Source: a virus
Lineage: Duplodnaviria; Caudoviricetes
Virus record (IMG/VR): IMGVR_UViG_3300002026_000124
Span: 8,176-72,175 of that record
Reading direction: 5' to 3' (one strand)
Length of the DNA: 64,000 nucleotides
Positions 20,132 through 30,048 of the stretch are shown here, in pieces (within the stretch, counting starts at the first letter, position 1; the number at the start of each line of letters is the position of its first letter). The notes beneath the pieces were generated by a model, which was not told where the DNA came from, did no database searches, and was given only the letters and a program-made list of their open reading frames with translations. The translations under genes were made by a program, and so were the position numbers.

Positions 20132-20776
20132 ATGGCACGAAAAGAAAAAAAATATCACTTTATTTATAAAACAATAAACATCATAAATAATAAGTTTTAT
20201 ATTGGTATGCATTCAACAGACAATTTGAATGATGGATATGTTGGTAGCGGAACAAGACTTTGGTATTCAATAAATAAATATGGTAGGGAAAATCATAGAT
20301 TGGAAATACTTGAATTTCATGAAACACGAATTATATTAAAAGAACGTGAAAAGAATTTAGTAAATGAGGATTTATTGAAAAATCCTATGTGCATGAACAT
20401 AAAGATTGGTGGTGAAGGTGGATTAAATGGTCTTTCACAAGAATCAATTAAAAAAATACGTAAGGGTGCATCTGATTTCATGAAAATGAAGTGGAATGAA
20501 CCAGAATTTAGAAATATGTGTTCTCAACGTTCTATAATTAAAATGAAAGAAAATCATAGACTTGGTAAAATGAGATATGATACGTTTATTGGTAAATCTC
20601 ATAGTGAAGAAACAAGAGAACTTATGAAAGTAGTTCATAAGGGAATGGGTATTGGTTCTACAAATTCTCAATTCGGTACTTGTTGGATAACTAAGTGTGG
20701 CGTAAATAAAAAAATTAATAATAATGATTTGTCCTTATATATTAGTGATGGTTGGTGTAAGGGTAGAGTCATATAA
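20132..20776 (+). CDS. GIY-YIG (Seg-like) homing endonuclease
   Basis: FIYKTINIINNKFYIGMHS...GYVGSG; NUMOD3-like GKSHSEETR. Confidence 0.88.
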   Translation: MARKEKKYHFIYKTINIINNKFYIGMHSTDNLNDGYVGSGTRLWYSINKYGRENHRLEILEFHETRIILKEREKNLVNEDLLKNPMCMNIKIGGEGGLNGLSQESIKKIRKGASDFMKMKWNEPEFRNMCSQRSIIKMKENHRLGKMRYDTFIGKSHSEETRELMKVVHKGMGIGSTNSQFGTCWITKCGVNKKINNNDLSLYISDGWCKGRVI

Positions 20777-20777
20777 T

Positions 20778-20849
20778 GGTCCGTTCGTCTAACGGTTAGG
20801 ACGGCAGGTTTTCATCCTGTTAATAGGGTTTCGATTACCCTACGGACTA
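20778..20849 (+). tRNA. tRNA-Glu(TTC)
   Basis: GCAGG-TTTTCAT-CCTGT. Confidence 0.9.
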
Positions 20850-20856
20850 CTAAAAT

Positions 20857-20929
20857 TGCGTGTTGTGGAAGTTGGCTCTCCGGACAGAATCATAATCTGT
20901 AGACACTGGTTCAAATCCAGTACACGCAA
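20857..20929 (+). tRNA. tRNA(CAT), Met or Ile2
   Basis: ACAGA-ATCATAA-TCTGT. Confidence 0.8.
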
Positions 20930-20936
20930 CAATATT

Positions 20937-21011
20937 GCTCTCTTAACTCAGTTGGTTCAGAGTGTCACGCTTACAACGTGAAGGTCGGGGGTTCGACTCC
21001 CTCAGAGAGCA
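20937..21011 (+). tRNA. tRNA-Val(TAC)
   Basis: TCACG-CTTACAA-CGTGA. Confidence 0.92.
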
Positions 21012-21208
21012 CAAATGCCGTAAGTCTGGATAAAATTCCTTAAAGGGAAACTGGAGTAGCGAATAACTTAAAGCGAAGTGGTTTCGTGATAGACGGTTGT
21101 GATGAAAAGTTAGTCACTCATTAGTCGCAGGGTAGAATGGTGTAAGAATGGGAGCACGTTTGCGATAAGCAAAAAGACGAAAGGTTCGAATCCGAAATAC
21201 CCCTTAAT

Positions 21209-21283
21209 AGTCCCTTAGTTTAGTTGGTAAAAACGTCTGGCTTACATCCAGAAGATGCACTGGTTCGAATCCAGTAGGGACTA
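21209..21283 (+). tRNA. tRNA-Val(TAC)
   Basis: TCTGG-CTTACAT-CCAGA. Confidence 0.9.
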
Positions 21284-21478
21284 CTTTTGACATACGGTTT
21301 AGGACCGTTATAGCTTCGGCTATAAAGGGGGTGGGATGTTCGCTACTGACCACCCCTTTACAAAAAACGTTTAATTTTGCATAGTTATTCTTATTAATTT
21401 AAACTATCTGTGCAAATTTTATCGGTTGTAGAGGCGATAAGCATAGTTTATCGGTTGTAGAGACGATAAAATTTAAAT

Positions 21479-21560
21479 ACGGGTATAGTCCAACGGTAGG
21501 ACGCTCTCTGTCCAAGGGGAGAAATAGGCTGCAGTCAGGGTTCAATTCCCCTTACCCGTG
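21479..21560 (+). tRNA. atypical tRNA, ambiguous anticodon (GTC or TCC), long variable arm
   Basis: ACGGGTA/TACCCGT acceptor, G73, irregular anticodon loop, variable hairpin GGCT-GC-AGTC. Confidence 0.6.
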
Positions 21561-21620
21561 CAAAAAATAATTATTATCCTTGTATTATATATTAACTGCA
21601 TATACTAAGATAATAAATAT

Positions 21621-21702
21621 CTCGCAGTGTCGTAATTGGTAGCCGGGACAGTCTAAGAAGCTGTTGCCTTCGGGTGTGTGGGTTCGAGTCCCACTTGCGA
21701 GA
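21621..21702 (+). tRNA. tRNA-Leu(AAG)
   Basis: ACAGT-CTAAGAA-GCTGT, class II arm, A73. Confidence 0.88.
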
Positions 21703-21709
21703 CGAATAT

Positions 21710-21765
21710 GGGGATGTGATGAAATTGGCGATACATGCCAGACTTAGAATCTGGCGCTAATAAAC
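21710..21765 (+). pseudogene. truncated tRNA-Leu(TAG), 5' part
   Basis: Acceptor 5' strand, D arm and CCAGA-CTTAGAA-TCTGG present; no T arm before the next tRNA. Confidence 0.65.
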
Positions 21766-21777
21766 TGGCTTCACTTT

Positions 21778-21854
21778 GGGGCAGTAGTGACAATTGGCTA
21801 ACACGACAGATTTGCACTCTGTAAATGGGGTATCATACATCCCCTGCTCCACCA
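21778..21854 (+). tRNA. tRNA-Ala(TGC), aberrant T-loop
   Basis: G3:U70, A73, CCA; T-loop reads ATCATAC. Confidence 0.7.
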
Positions 21855-21923
21855 CAACATTGGTTTCGAAAACCAACGTCTCCACTTTTCCAGAAAACCA
21901 AGTATTTATAATAAAGAAATATT

Positions 21924-22742
21924 GTGAATACTTGGAAAACTAATAGAAAAACAATTTTAATTAATTGTGAAAATTGTGGAAATGAATTCAAAAAAACATT
22001 ATCTGAATATAATCGTTCAGAAAAATTAAATAAAAAACATTTTTGTTCATTAAAATGTAATAATGAATCTAAAAAGATTAAACTAAAATTCTGTTTACAA
22101 TGTAATGAAGAGTTTATTCCCGATAAAAATAAAACTAAGTTCTGTTCACATTCTTGTAACGCAAAATATAATAATAAAAATAGAAAGGGTATTAAATACA
22201 ATATAAGTGAAAATGGTTTAATTGGATTAAGGGAATCGTATAAAAATAATTTCGGATATGATATTATAAAATTTAGAAATAACTATTATCAATCACAGAA
22301 TTATTGTAAAGAATGTAATGAACCTATTCCATATGAAAAAAAGAATCATGTTTTTTGTAATCGGGATTGTAAAAGAACATATGATAGAAAGAATTTAACT
22401 GAATATCAAAAATACTATAAAGATTGTCAATTTAAATTTGGTTTATCAGACTATCCAAATGAATTTGATTTCGAATTGATTAAAACACATGGTTGGTATC
22501 AACCAAAAAATCATGGCAATAACTTAGGTGGAATTAGTAGAGACCATATGATTTCAGTAAAATATGGATATGAAAATAATATTAGTTCTGAGATAATTAG
22601 TCATCCTGCCAATTGTCAATTGATGATTCATAATGAGAATATTAGTAAATATAAGAATTGTTCAATAACATTAGAAGAACTAATGATTAAAATTGATAAT
22701 TGGAATGAAAAATATTCACAAATAACAATGGGTTTAACATAG
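21924..22742 (+). CDS. HNH homing endonuclease with Zn-finger repeats
   Basis: CxxC...FCSxxC repeats; C-terminal SRDHMIS...HPANCQLMIHNEN. Confidence 0.8.
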   Translation: MNTWKTNRKTILINCENCGNEFKKTLSEYNRSEKLNKKHFCSLKCNNESKKIKLKFCLQCNEEFIPDKNKTKFCSHSCNAKYNNKNRKGIKYNISENGLIGLRESYKNNFGYDIIKFRNNYYQSQNYCKECNEPIPYEKKNHVFCNRDCKRTYDRKNLTEYQKYYKDCQFKFGLSDYPNEFDFELIKTHGWYQPKNHGNNLGGISRDHMISVKYGYENNISSEIISHPANCQLMIHNENISKYKNCSITLEELMIKIDNWNEKYSQITMGLT

Positions 22743-22805
22743 TGGCGAGTGTTAACCGTAAGTCCTGCGTGGCTGGTAACGGTGGTTCGATTCCATCAGC
22801 CTGTT
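22728..22805 (+). pseudogene. degenerate tRNA-like remnant
   Basis: GGTGG-TTCGATT-CCATC T arm, weak acceptor, no clear anticodon arm; overlaps HNH stop. Confidence 0.4.
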
Positions 22806-22811
22806 GTTTAT

Positions 22812-22884
22812 GCCCTGTTGACGTAATTGGCAACCGTATTGGTCTTAAAAGCCAAGTTTCTCAGTTCGAATCTGAGGCGGGGTA
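22812..22884 (+). tRNA. tRNA-Leu(TAA) lacking the long variable arm
   Basis: TTGGT-CTTAAAA-GCCAA; 4-nt variable loop GTTT; A73. Confidence 0.8.
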
Positions 22885-22920
22885 CTATTTAAAAATTTTA
22901 TAGTATTTATGATAAAAACT

Positions 22921-23241
22921 ATGGATACAAAACAAAAATTATTCGAGATGATGGGTAAACTAAATCATGATTTTAAACAATCAAAAATTGTTGAAGGGTT
23001 TGAAAATAGTAATAATCCAATTAATTCCGAACAATTAACCCAAAAGGATGTGGCATCTAAAATTAGAAATCGAGGATATCAATATCACACAGATACTACA
23101 CTTAAAACAATTGGTGTAAATGCTATTATAGATGAAATGAAACCCAGAGATTTACAATATTTTTTGGATTTAGGGTTTGTACGTGAACCATTAGGTGATT
23201 TAGGTTCAGAATATGATTCATTAAATTATCATTACATATAA
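22921..23241 (+). CDS. hypothetical protein with LFEMM leader
   Basis: MDTKQKLFEMMGKLNHDF; late motif 22903-22910. Confidence 0.6.
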   Translation: MDTKQKLFEMMGKLNHDFKQSKIVEGFENSNNPINSEQLTQKDVASKIRNRGYQYHTDTTLKTIGVNAIIDEMKPRDLQYFLDLGFVREPLGDLGSEYDSLNYHYI

Positions 23242-23245
23242 ATCT

Positions 23246-23761
23246 ATGGACTACCATTTGAGTTTATTTATCATGTCGATTCTTGTATTTGTTTCCTATG
23301 TCGGAGCAGTATGGATTAAATTCGGTGTACAGCCATCAATAAGTGCAAGTTATGATTGTTGGAAAGGCTTATGGCAATCACTTTTCGTATTATTCTGTTG
23401 GGGATTTGCATTTCCTGCAATGGTTATTGGTATAGAAGTAACGCCATTAATGTTTTTTGCTTGTGCTGGAATTATGTTTGTAGGTGCCGCATATGAAATA
23501 AAAATTAAATGGGTATATGAATATCATATGGTATTTGCAATATCCGGAATTATATTTAGCCAGTTAGCAATTTACTTTGGTTATGATTTACTATGGGTTA
23601 ACATAGTATCGGTTGTATTATCAGTATTAATATTATTAGGTAAATTGTATCTTGGTTTAAAGAATCACTTCTGGTGGATAGAGTTAGTTGCCTTTGCTGC
23701 AATAGTTTATGCAATGGGAACTAAGATTATTCCTTTCTTATATCTAACAACACTTAATTAA
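23246..23761 (+). CDS. multi-pass membrane protein
   Basis: About five hydrophobic helices. Confidence 0.7.
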   Translation: MDYHLSLFIMSILVFVSYVGAVWIKFGVQPSISASYDCWKGLWQSLFVLFCWGFAFPAMVIGIEVTPLMFFACAGIMFVGAAYEIKIKWVYEYHMVFAISGIIFSQLAIYFGYDLLWVNIVSVVLSVLILLGKLYLGLKNHFWWIELVAFAAIVYAMGTKIIPFLYLTTLN

Positions 23762-23764
23762 AAT

Positions 23765-23847
23765 TCGTTCGTGGTAGAGTGGTCGATTACATTGGTCTCC
23801 AAAACCAATAGAGAAATCTCACGTGGGTTCGAATCCTACCGAACGAG
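23765..23847 (+). tRNA. tRNA-Trp(CCA) with long variable arm
   Basis: TTGGT-CTCCAAA-ACCAA; variable hairpin GAG-AAAT-CTC; G73. Confidence 0.85.
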
Positions 23848-24247
23848 CATAAATAATGGTAAAAATTGCGGGTACGTACACAAGTCAAAGTTCTTTCCAA
23901 CGGAACACCGACTACTACTGAGGGTAGAGATATTCCCAAGAGCAATATCAGTTAGTGTATGACCATTATTTTATAATTTTTTATAAAATTTCCAAAAATC
24001 TTTAAATTTTTATTATTTTTTATTTTTCAGATAGTATTTATCTGAAAAGTATAACTATGGCAATATCAAAACAAGACAATGCTTGTAGAACGTTCATTAT
24101 AAATGAAAAGGAGTACAATGTCTATAAAGATGGGAAGCACACATTTGTTAAATCTGAGGATAAAATTGTATTTAATAGTACAAAATCTGATATAACTGTG
24201 TCTCAATGGTTAAAAAAAATAAGAAATACTAAATAATAAGAATTTAA

Positions 24248-25936
24248 ATGGCAATATTAGGAACAGATGTATCGGTAAGTGTAGGTGGTAATATTCGTTG
24301 GACGGGTGGTGCAACAACAAACTATACAGTACTTGAATTACATAGATTTTTACAAGATTTGGCTGACGATGCAGCTGCAAGTGGAAATGATTTAATTGAT
24401 ATTACAAGTAGTACACCATCTGAAAGGTCAACAGATAATATCATCACATTATTGGGAAGTTACAATATCGATGATACGATGGCGAAGCATCTTTATGATG
24501 GTTCTATTACGCAGAGTGGGGGTAGTACAGTATATTCTGGTTTAAAGGTGTTGGGTGCTGTAAATAACAGTGCAACTCAATTACAAGTTATTCAGAATAA
24601 CGGTTTATATGATGGTGCAGCACCTTTCTGGGGAACTCAGGCAACTGGTGGTTTTAATGGTAGTGCAGCTTCCGGGGTTTTGATGCGATGTTTAATTAAA
24701 TCGAGATTTGGAAATAATGATATTGATGGTAAGCGTATTAGGGTACAGGCAAGACATTGGGGTGACACATATGATTTCTTTAACGTTACTTTGGGTCAGG
24801 GTGAAGCCGTAGCTGCTATTGGTACAACACCTGATGCACAAAATACTACATCTAAGCCGACAGTTACTGCATATACTCATGTTGCGAACACCGAAGGTTA
24901 TCAAACAATTAATTTAAATAATGGTAATGGTGCACAACCTTATTATTCTAAATGGACATATGGTGTAAATACTTCTGGTGATGGACTTAAAGGTGTTTGG
25001 GAATATATTAAAGATTTAACTGGTACTGGTACAGCAAAAACTTTACATGGTATCAACGGTGAATTGTTTTTAGGTGTTACACATCAATATGCGTATAGTG
25101 GAGAAACTGGAACTGCATTTATTGAAGACGATGTTATTACTTGGGGTGCGGGTGCTACTGCAGGGACTGGTTTATTACTTGCATTAAATGATGCCGGAAC
25201 GACTGGTACTGTATGGATGCAATTACTAACTGGTGTTGCACCAACAAATGCGATGACAGTCAATAATGAAGCTGCTAATGGTAGTCATAAACTTAATGGG
25301 AATACTACTACAAGAACAATTCCTAAAGTATTTTTAGGTTCATATACAGGTTCACTAATTGGTGCATTTGGTATTGGTGTACTGGCTTCAAATTTACTTT
25401 CGACTGATAGTATTCAAGATTTACTTGGTGTTACTCAAATTCCACCAAACAACGTTACATTTACTGTATCTGGATTGGTAAGTGGACAGGACATGGTGTT
25501 GGTAGGACCGAAAGCTGGTGGTGATACATTTGACTTTGCACAATTAACATTAAATACAACATTAGCGGCTGGCTCAACAACAGTTGTTGTAACTACTGCA
25601 ATTCCTTCTGATACACCTTCAAGTGGAACTATTAGGGTACTTGATAATAATGGTGTTTATATTCGTGCACCATATACATCATGGGCAGGAAGTACATTTA
25701 ATTTAACCGGTACTTTTGGTAGTGCTGCAACTGCACCTAAAAATGTTTGGATATCATATATTGATAGACTTGCTGACGATACTACAGAAGCATTTACATC
25801 AATCTATAGTGCACCAAGGTCACTTTGGATTAGGGTTCGTGATGGTGGTGTGACTCCTATTAAAACATATGAATCACAAGGTACATTAGGTTCTGCTGGT
25901 GGTAGTGCAGTTGCAAGTAGAATTACAGACCTTTAA
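24248..25936 (+). CDS. putative virion structural protein
   Basis: 562 aa, Gly/Thr-rich; late motif 24034-24041. Confidence 0.6.
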   Translation: MAILGTDVSVSVGGNIRWTGGATTNYTVLELHRFLQDLADDAAASGNDLIDITSSTPSERSTDNIITLLGSYNIDDTMAKHLYDGSITQSGGSTVYSGLKVLGAVNNSATQLQVIQNNGLYDGAAPFWGTQATGGFNGSAASGVLMRCLIKSRFGNNDIDGKRIRVQARHWGDTYDFFNVTLGQGEAVAAIGTTPDAQNTTSKPTVTAYTHVANTEGYQTINLNNGNGAQPYYSKWTYGVNTSGDGLKGVWEYIKDLTGTGTAKTLHGINGELFLGVTHQYAYSGETGTAFIEDDVITWGAGATAGTGLLLALNDAGTTGTVWMQLLTGVAPTNAMTVNNEAANGSHKLNGNTTTRTIPKVFLGSYTGSLIGAFGIGVLASNLLSTDSIQDLLGVTQIPPNNVTFTVSGLVSGQDMVLVGPKAGGDTFDFAQLTLNTTLAAGSTTVVVTTAIPSDTPSSGTIRVLDNNGVYIRAPYTSWAGSTFNLTGTFGSAATAPKNVWISYIDRLADDTTEAFTSIYSAPRSLWIRVRDGGVTPIKTYESQGTLGSAGGSAVASRITDL

Positions 25937-25998
25937 TAATTAATAATTGATTTTAAAATATATAAACGTATTTTTATGTACGTGGAAAGGAGTGCTTT

Positions 25999-28900
25999 AT
26001 CGCAACAATAGTAGTAAATACGTATCTTGATGGTGGGGTTGCAAGAACTGCAGGTGAAACTTGGACGATAAATAGTGGTGCAATTTTTACAGTTAGAACT
26101 GATAGTCGATGGCATCTCAATAGTCCTGCAGCTTATGCTGGTTCATTTAGTACAATAATTTGTAATGAGGGTGAAGTGGTTTTTGATGGTCGCAATGTTA
26201 GGTGGTTAGCGATTAATACAGGTAGTGGAACTGCTGCAATTGGAGACACTATTAGCCAAGGCGGTGTATCTGGTTATTTTTTAGGCTTTTGGTCAAGTCT
26301 TACTGCGCAACCATCGTTAACAATTGGTGCTACTGGATTTATTAAGTTAAGAGAAGTTACAGGTGGTAATTATGCTGCAGGTGCTCTAACTTTTAGTGGT
26401 GGTGGTGCTGCAACAGCGACTAGTGCTGATGTTACTGGCTGGATAGAAATTGTAGCAGATGCTAGTACATCAATGACATTCCCACGATTAGGTAAACATA
26501 CTATTCGTGGTGATTGGTTTTATCTTGCAAATACAAATGGTACATTAGGTCAACAAATACAATTACCCACTAATGGTGGTGGTGTGAATACGTTCTGCCC
26601 CGGTGTTTGGGTCGAAACTGCTCCAAGTTCTAATACTTATGAATATTTTCCAGCATTAACGACAAGTTCTGGTTGGGCTAGACAACATATTGGTGCTGCT
26701 GTTGGTGAAACTGATAAAAGACAAAATTTTGTAAAAGATATCGGAAATGGTCTGGTACAGTTCGGAGAATCGTCAAGTCTTGCAGGTACATATGCTAACC
26801 TTGCTGCACAAGTAACTGCATATAGTTCAATATCACATACTTCCACATATACTGTAGTTAATAATCTTTGTACAATAACATATACAACTGGACATTTTTT
26901 AAAAACTGGTGCACAAGTTGGGGTGGATTTTACTTCAGGTGGTGCTTCTGCTTTAGATAATATATTTACTATTACAGTATTAGATGCTTTTACATACACA
27001 TTCGCATTAACAACTGCCGACACAAGTGGTAATGCCACGGTAAGACCTGGGATATCAATGGCAGCCACTGCACATGCATTAGGTGTTGGCGATACAGTTT
27101 ATTGTGATTTTACCACAGGAACTGGTGTTGATGGTCAATATACTGTTTATTCGGTGGGTAGTACTAGCGTATATTTTCTTGCTTATCCACATATTGCAGC
27201 ACTAACAGGTGGTAACGTGTCAATACATTCAAGATTTGTAGTAACATTTACTACACATGCATTGGCACTTGGTAATAGGGTTCATCTTGATTTCACAACA
27301 GGTGCTGGTGTTGATGGAATTTATACTATTGTTGCAGTTCCAGATGCAAACACATTTCATATTGTGGCTAACAACGGTGCTACAGCAACTTCTGGAAACG
27401 TTAGTATTAGACAAACAATTGGTAATGTTCCTGTAAGTGGTTGTACAATTAGAATACCAAATGTTATTTTACGAGAATGCCCTACTGCTGCAAGGGCGAC
27501 TAATCAAATTACTGCATCCATTACTACAAGACCTGAATGGCTGACTACATCCGCAGGTGCAATAGATTTCGAATATGCATATACTACATGGTATATGAAT
27601 TTTTCGCAACCATATTCAGTTAGATTATATCATTCCAGTACATACGACTCATTAATTTCAAATGAGGTTGCTACCGCATTAGATATTGATGACATGCATA
27701 CTTCCATGTATGGTAGCCAAGACGTTGTGACATTTAATTGTACTTCAAATTTTGCTGGTGGTGCGGTTAAGAACTGTAAATTCCAAAGAGGAAATGCCCC
27801 CGGAACATCTGACCACGCTGTAATAGTAAATTATAGTAAGGACATTGTTTTCACTAATGTGACTGGTGGAATTATTCAGTATGGTAGGAGTTCAGGTAAA
27901 GGATTTTTTCTATCATATGATAACGGATGTTCATTCATTAATTGTAGAGGTTTTAATACCAACTTTCCAATGACTGCATGTATAAATATAACGATAAGTA
28001 ATTACGACCATTGTGATAGATATATTGGATATACAACTACTACTAGTCCAAATTATGCATTTCTTTTAAGTGCTGGTTGTTCAAATATTGATATAAACGG
28101 GATTAGCTTTGGTTTTAACGGAACAGTTCCTAACGTTCATCCGCATTCAGGTTTATTGTCGATTACTGCAAATAATGGAGTTAAATTGAGAAATGGTGGT
28201 TCAAAAACGACTCCATTGGCTTGTGGGTCGTGGAGACCAAACTATCACTCAATGAGGGTGACTCATATTACTGGAGGGAATAATGATAATATTAAATATC
28301 AGAGACTATATATTGATGATAATGCTGGAACTGGAGTATTTTCAACGGTAAATAGTGATAATAACATAACCTACGAGTCTGTTCATTGTGGCATATATGT
28401 AATGAGTGCAATGGCAGTATCTGTTCAAATCAATGCAGGTCTTAACTCAATCATCAAAAACGGAAGAGCGGGAAATACTACAACTACAGGACAAGCATCT
28501 GTATATGGTAGTCACTTTCAAGATATATTCTTAGGTGATTTTAATGGTAGATTTATTCTTACATGTAATGAACCAACTGTTGAGACAATATCACAATTTA
28601 CGATGGTATCTGGAGTAGCTAAATTTAACTCAGCAGGTGGTATTTTAATGGGGGTTATTGGTAACCAAGCAATTTTTGAGGATTCTTGTTTTAGATTAGG
28701 TCATACTGGTTTTCAGAATACCACACCTTCAATGTCAGGTGGTGTTATTGGAAACTTTACATTAGAATATGATATTGATTTAGGCACTGGTTATACTAAT
28801 ACGTGGTCGACACTCAATGGAACAAATTTGAGTGCAATTTCTGTCAATCCGGCAATCGGATTTAAAATGAAAATCAGAATAACAACTACTAATACAAATG

Positions 28901-29253
28901 CTGCAGCAATAACGCATTTAAGAATTGATACAGTATCAACTGCTGCAGCACAGGAAAATGTTTATCCACTTGATACAGTTCCAATAACGATTAAGGTTTT
29001 GGATGCCATAACTAAATTACCAATTTCTGGTGCTAGAGTATATTTGGAAACAAGTCCTGCAGGGGTTGATATTTTCAACACATTAACCGATGTAAATGGA
29101 AATATTCAAACATCATTTTTCTACGAGTCGGATGTGAATGTTGTTGGTAGAGTTAGAAAATCCACTGAATTCCCATTTTATAAAACAGGTGATATTATTG
29201 GTGAAATAACTTCAGAAGGATTTGACAATACCATTTTATTGATTTCCGATTAA
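25999..29253 (+). CDS. large putative tail/virion protein; likely ATC start at 25999
   Basis: Frame is open 59 codons upstream of GTG 26176, reading (I)ATIVVNTYLDGGVARTAGETWT; repeated DFTxGxGVDG units. Confidence 0.6.
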   Translation: MATIVVNTYLDGGVARTAGETWTINSGAIFTVRTDSRWHLNSPAAYAGSFSTIICNEGEVVFDGRNVRWLAINTGSGTAAIGDTISQGGVSGYFLGFWSSLTAQPSLTIGATGFIKLREVTGGNYAAGALTFSGGGAATATSADVTGWIEIVADASTSMTFPRLGKHTIRGDWFYLANTNGTLGQQIQLPTNGGGVNTFCPGVWVETAPSSNTYEYFPALTTSSGWARQHIGAAVGETDKRQNFVKDIGNGLVQFGESSSLAGTYANLAAQVTAYSSISHTSTYTVVNNLCTITYTTGHFLKTGAQVGVDFTSGGASALDNIFTITVLDAFTYTFALTTADTSGNATVRPGISMAATAHALGVGDTVYCDFTTGTGVDGQYTVYSVGSTSVYFLAYPHIAALTGGNVSIHSRFVVTFTTHALALGNRVHLDFTTGAGVDGIYTIVAVPDANTFHIVANNGATATSGNVSIRQTIGNVPVSGCTIRIPNVILRECPTAARATNQITASITTRPEWLTTSAGAIDFEYAYTTWYMNFSQPYSVRLYHSSTYDSLISNEVATALDIDDMHTSMYGSQDVVTFNCTSNFAGGAVKNCKFQRGNAPGTSDHAVIVNYSKDIVFTNVTGGIIQYGRSSGKGFFLSYDNGCSFINCRGFNTNFPMTACINITISNYDHCDRYIGYTTTTSPNYAFLLSAGCSNIDINGISFGFNGTVPNVHPHSGLLSITANNGVKLRNGGSKTTPLACGSWRPNYHSMRVTHITGGNNDNIKYQRLYIDDNAGTGVFSTVNSDNNITYESVHCGIYVMSAMAVSVQINAGLNSIIKNGRAGNTTTTGQASVYGSHFQDIFLGDFNGRFILTCNEPTVETISQFTMVSGVAKFNSAGGILMGVIGNQAIFEDSCFRLGHTGFQNTTPSMSGGVIGNFTLEYDIDLGTGYTNTWSTLNGTNLSAISVNPAIGFKMKIRITTTNTNAAAITHLRIDTVSTAAAQENVYPLDTVPITIKVLDAITKLPISGARVYLETSPAGVDIFNTLTDVNGNIQTSFFYESDVNVVGRVRKSTEFPFYKTGDIIGEITSEGFDNTILLISD

Positions 29254-29338
29254 TTTTCAGTAAAATTTTTAAACATTAAATATAGTATTTATAGTAAAAA
29301 TATATTTAAATTACTATATTTACAAAATATTTATTAAT

Positions 29339-29617
29339 ATGGCTAATGATATCGAGGTAGTAGAAGAAGCATATAGAGCGTTAAAACAACTACATATAAC
29401 ATCAAATGATGTAAATCAAGATTTGTTAGTTGTGATTGAAGAGTTAAAGAAGGAAAACGAATATCTCAAAGAACTTATTATCAATGCAGATAAGAATGTT
29501 GCAATCCAAAAATCTATCGTATTAAATAGTTTGATGTCTAGTCAAGAAAAACATGAACGAGATTATCAAGAAATTTTGTTATTGAAAAATGAAATAAAAT
29601 TATTAAAAGGTAAATAA
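29339..29617 (+). CDS. coiled-coil hypothetical protein
   Basis: Heptad-like pattern; late motif 29285-29292. Confidence 0.55.
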   Translation: MANDIEVVEEAYRALKQLHITSNDVNQDLLVVIEELKKENEYLKELIINADKNVAIQKSIVLNSLMSSQEKHERDYQEILLLKNEIKLLKGK

Positions 29618-30048
29618 TGGCTATATCAATTAATTGGGGAACTAAAGTAATATATGTACCAAAATCAGATTTGACTTCATTGGGTGGAAACATATATGAA
29701 CTCGATTTAGACTGGTTTAGATTGGAACTAAAATCTTTGGAGGATGGTGAAGAAGGCATAGTGTTTCCCGATACACATACACATAATTCACCTGTTACCC
29801 TTGGTGGTGCAACGTATGCACAGGTTATTGAATTTATAAATGGATATACAATAACTTTTGAAGATGGACAATATGCAGTAAAGGCGGTTGGTGCTAATAG
29901 CAATGTTGCTGACGTTACTAATGTTAATCAGGTTTCATTAAGAACCTCTAACTCAGCAGGATTGATTGTTGTGACATCCGGCTCTGGTGTTACCGAACAA
30001 GACAAATTAGATATTGCCAACAGAGTTTGGAGTAAAACATTACCATAA
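29617..30048 (+). CDS. putative virion protein
   Basis: MAISINWGTKVIYVPK; coupled in late operon. Confidence 0.55.
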   Translation: MAISINWGTKVIYVPKSDLTSLGGNIYELDLDWFRLELKSLEDGEEGIVFPDTHTHNSPVTLGGATYAQVIEFINGYTITFEDGQYAVKAVGANSNVADVTNVNQVSLRTSNSAGLIVVTSGSGVTEQDKLDIANRVWSKTLP

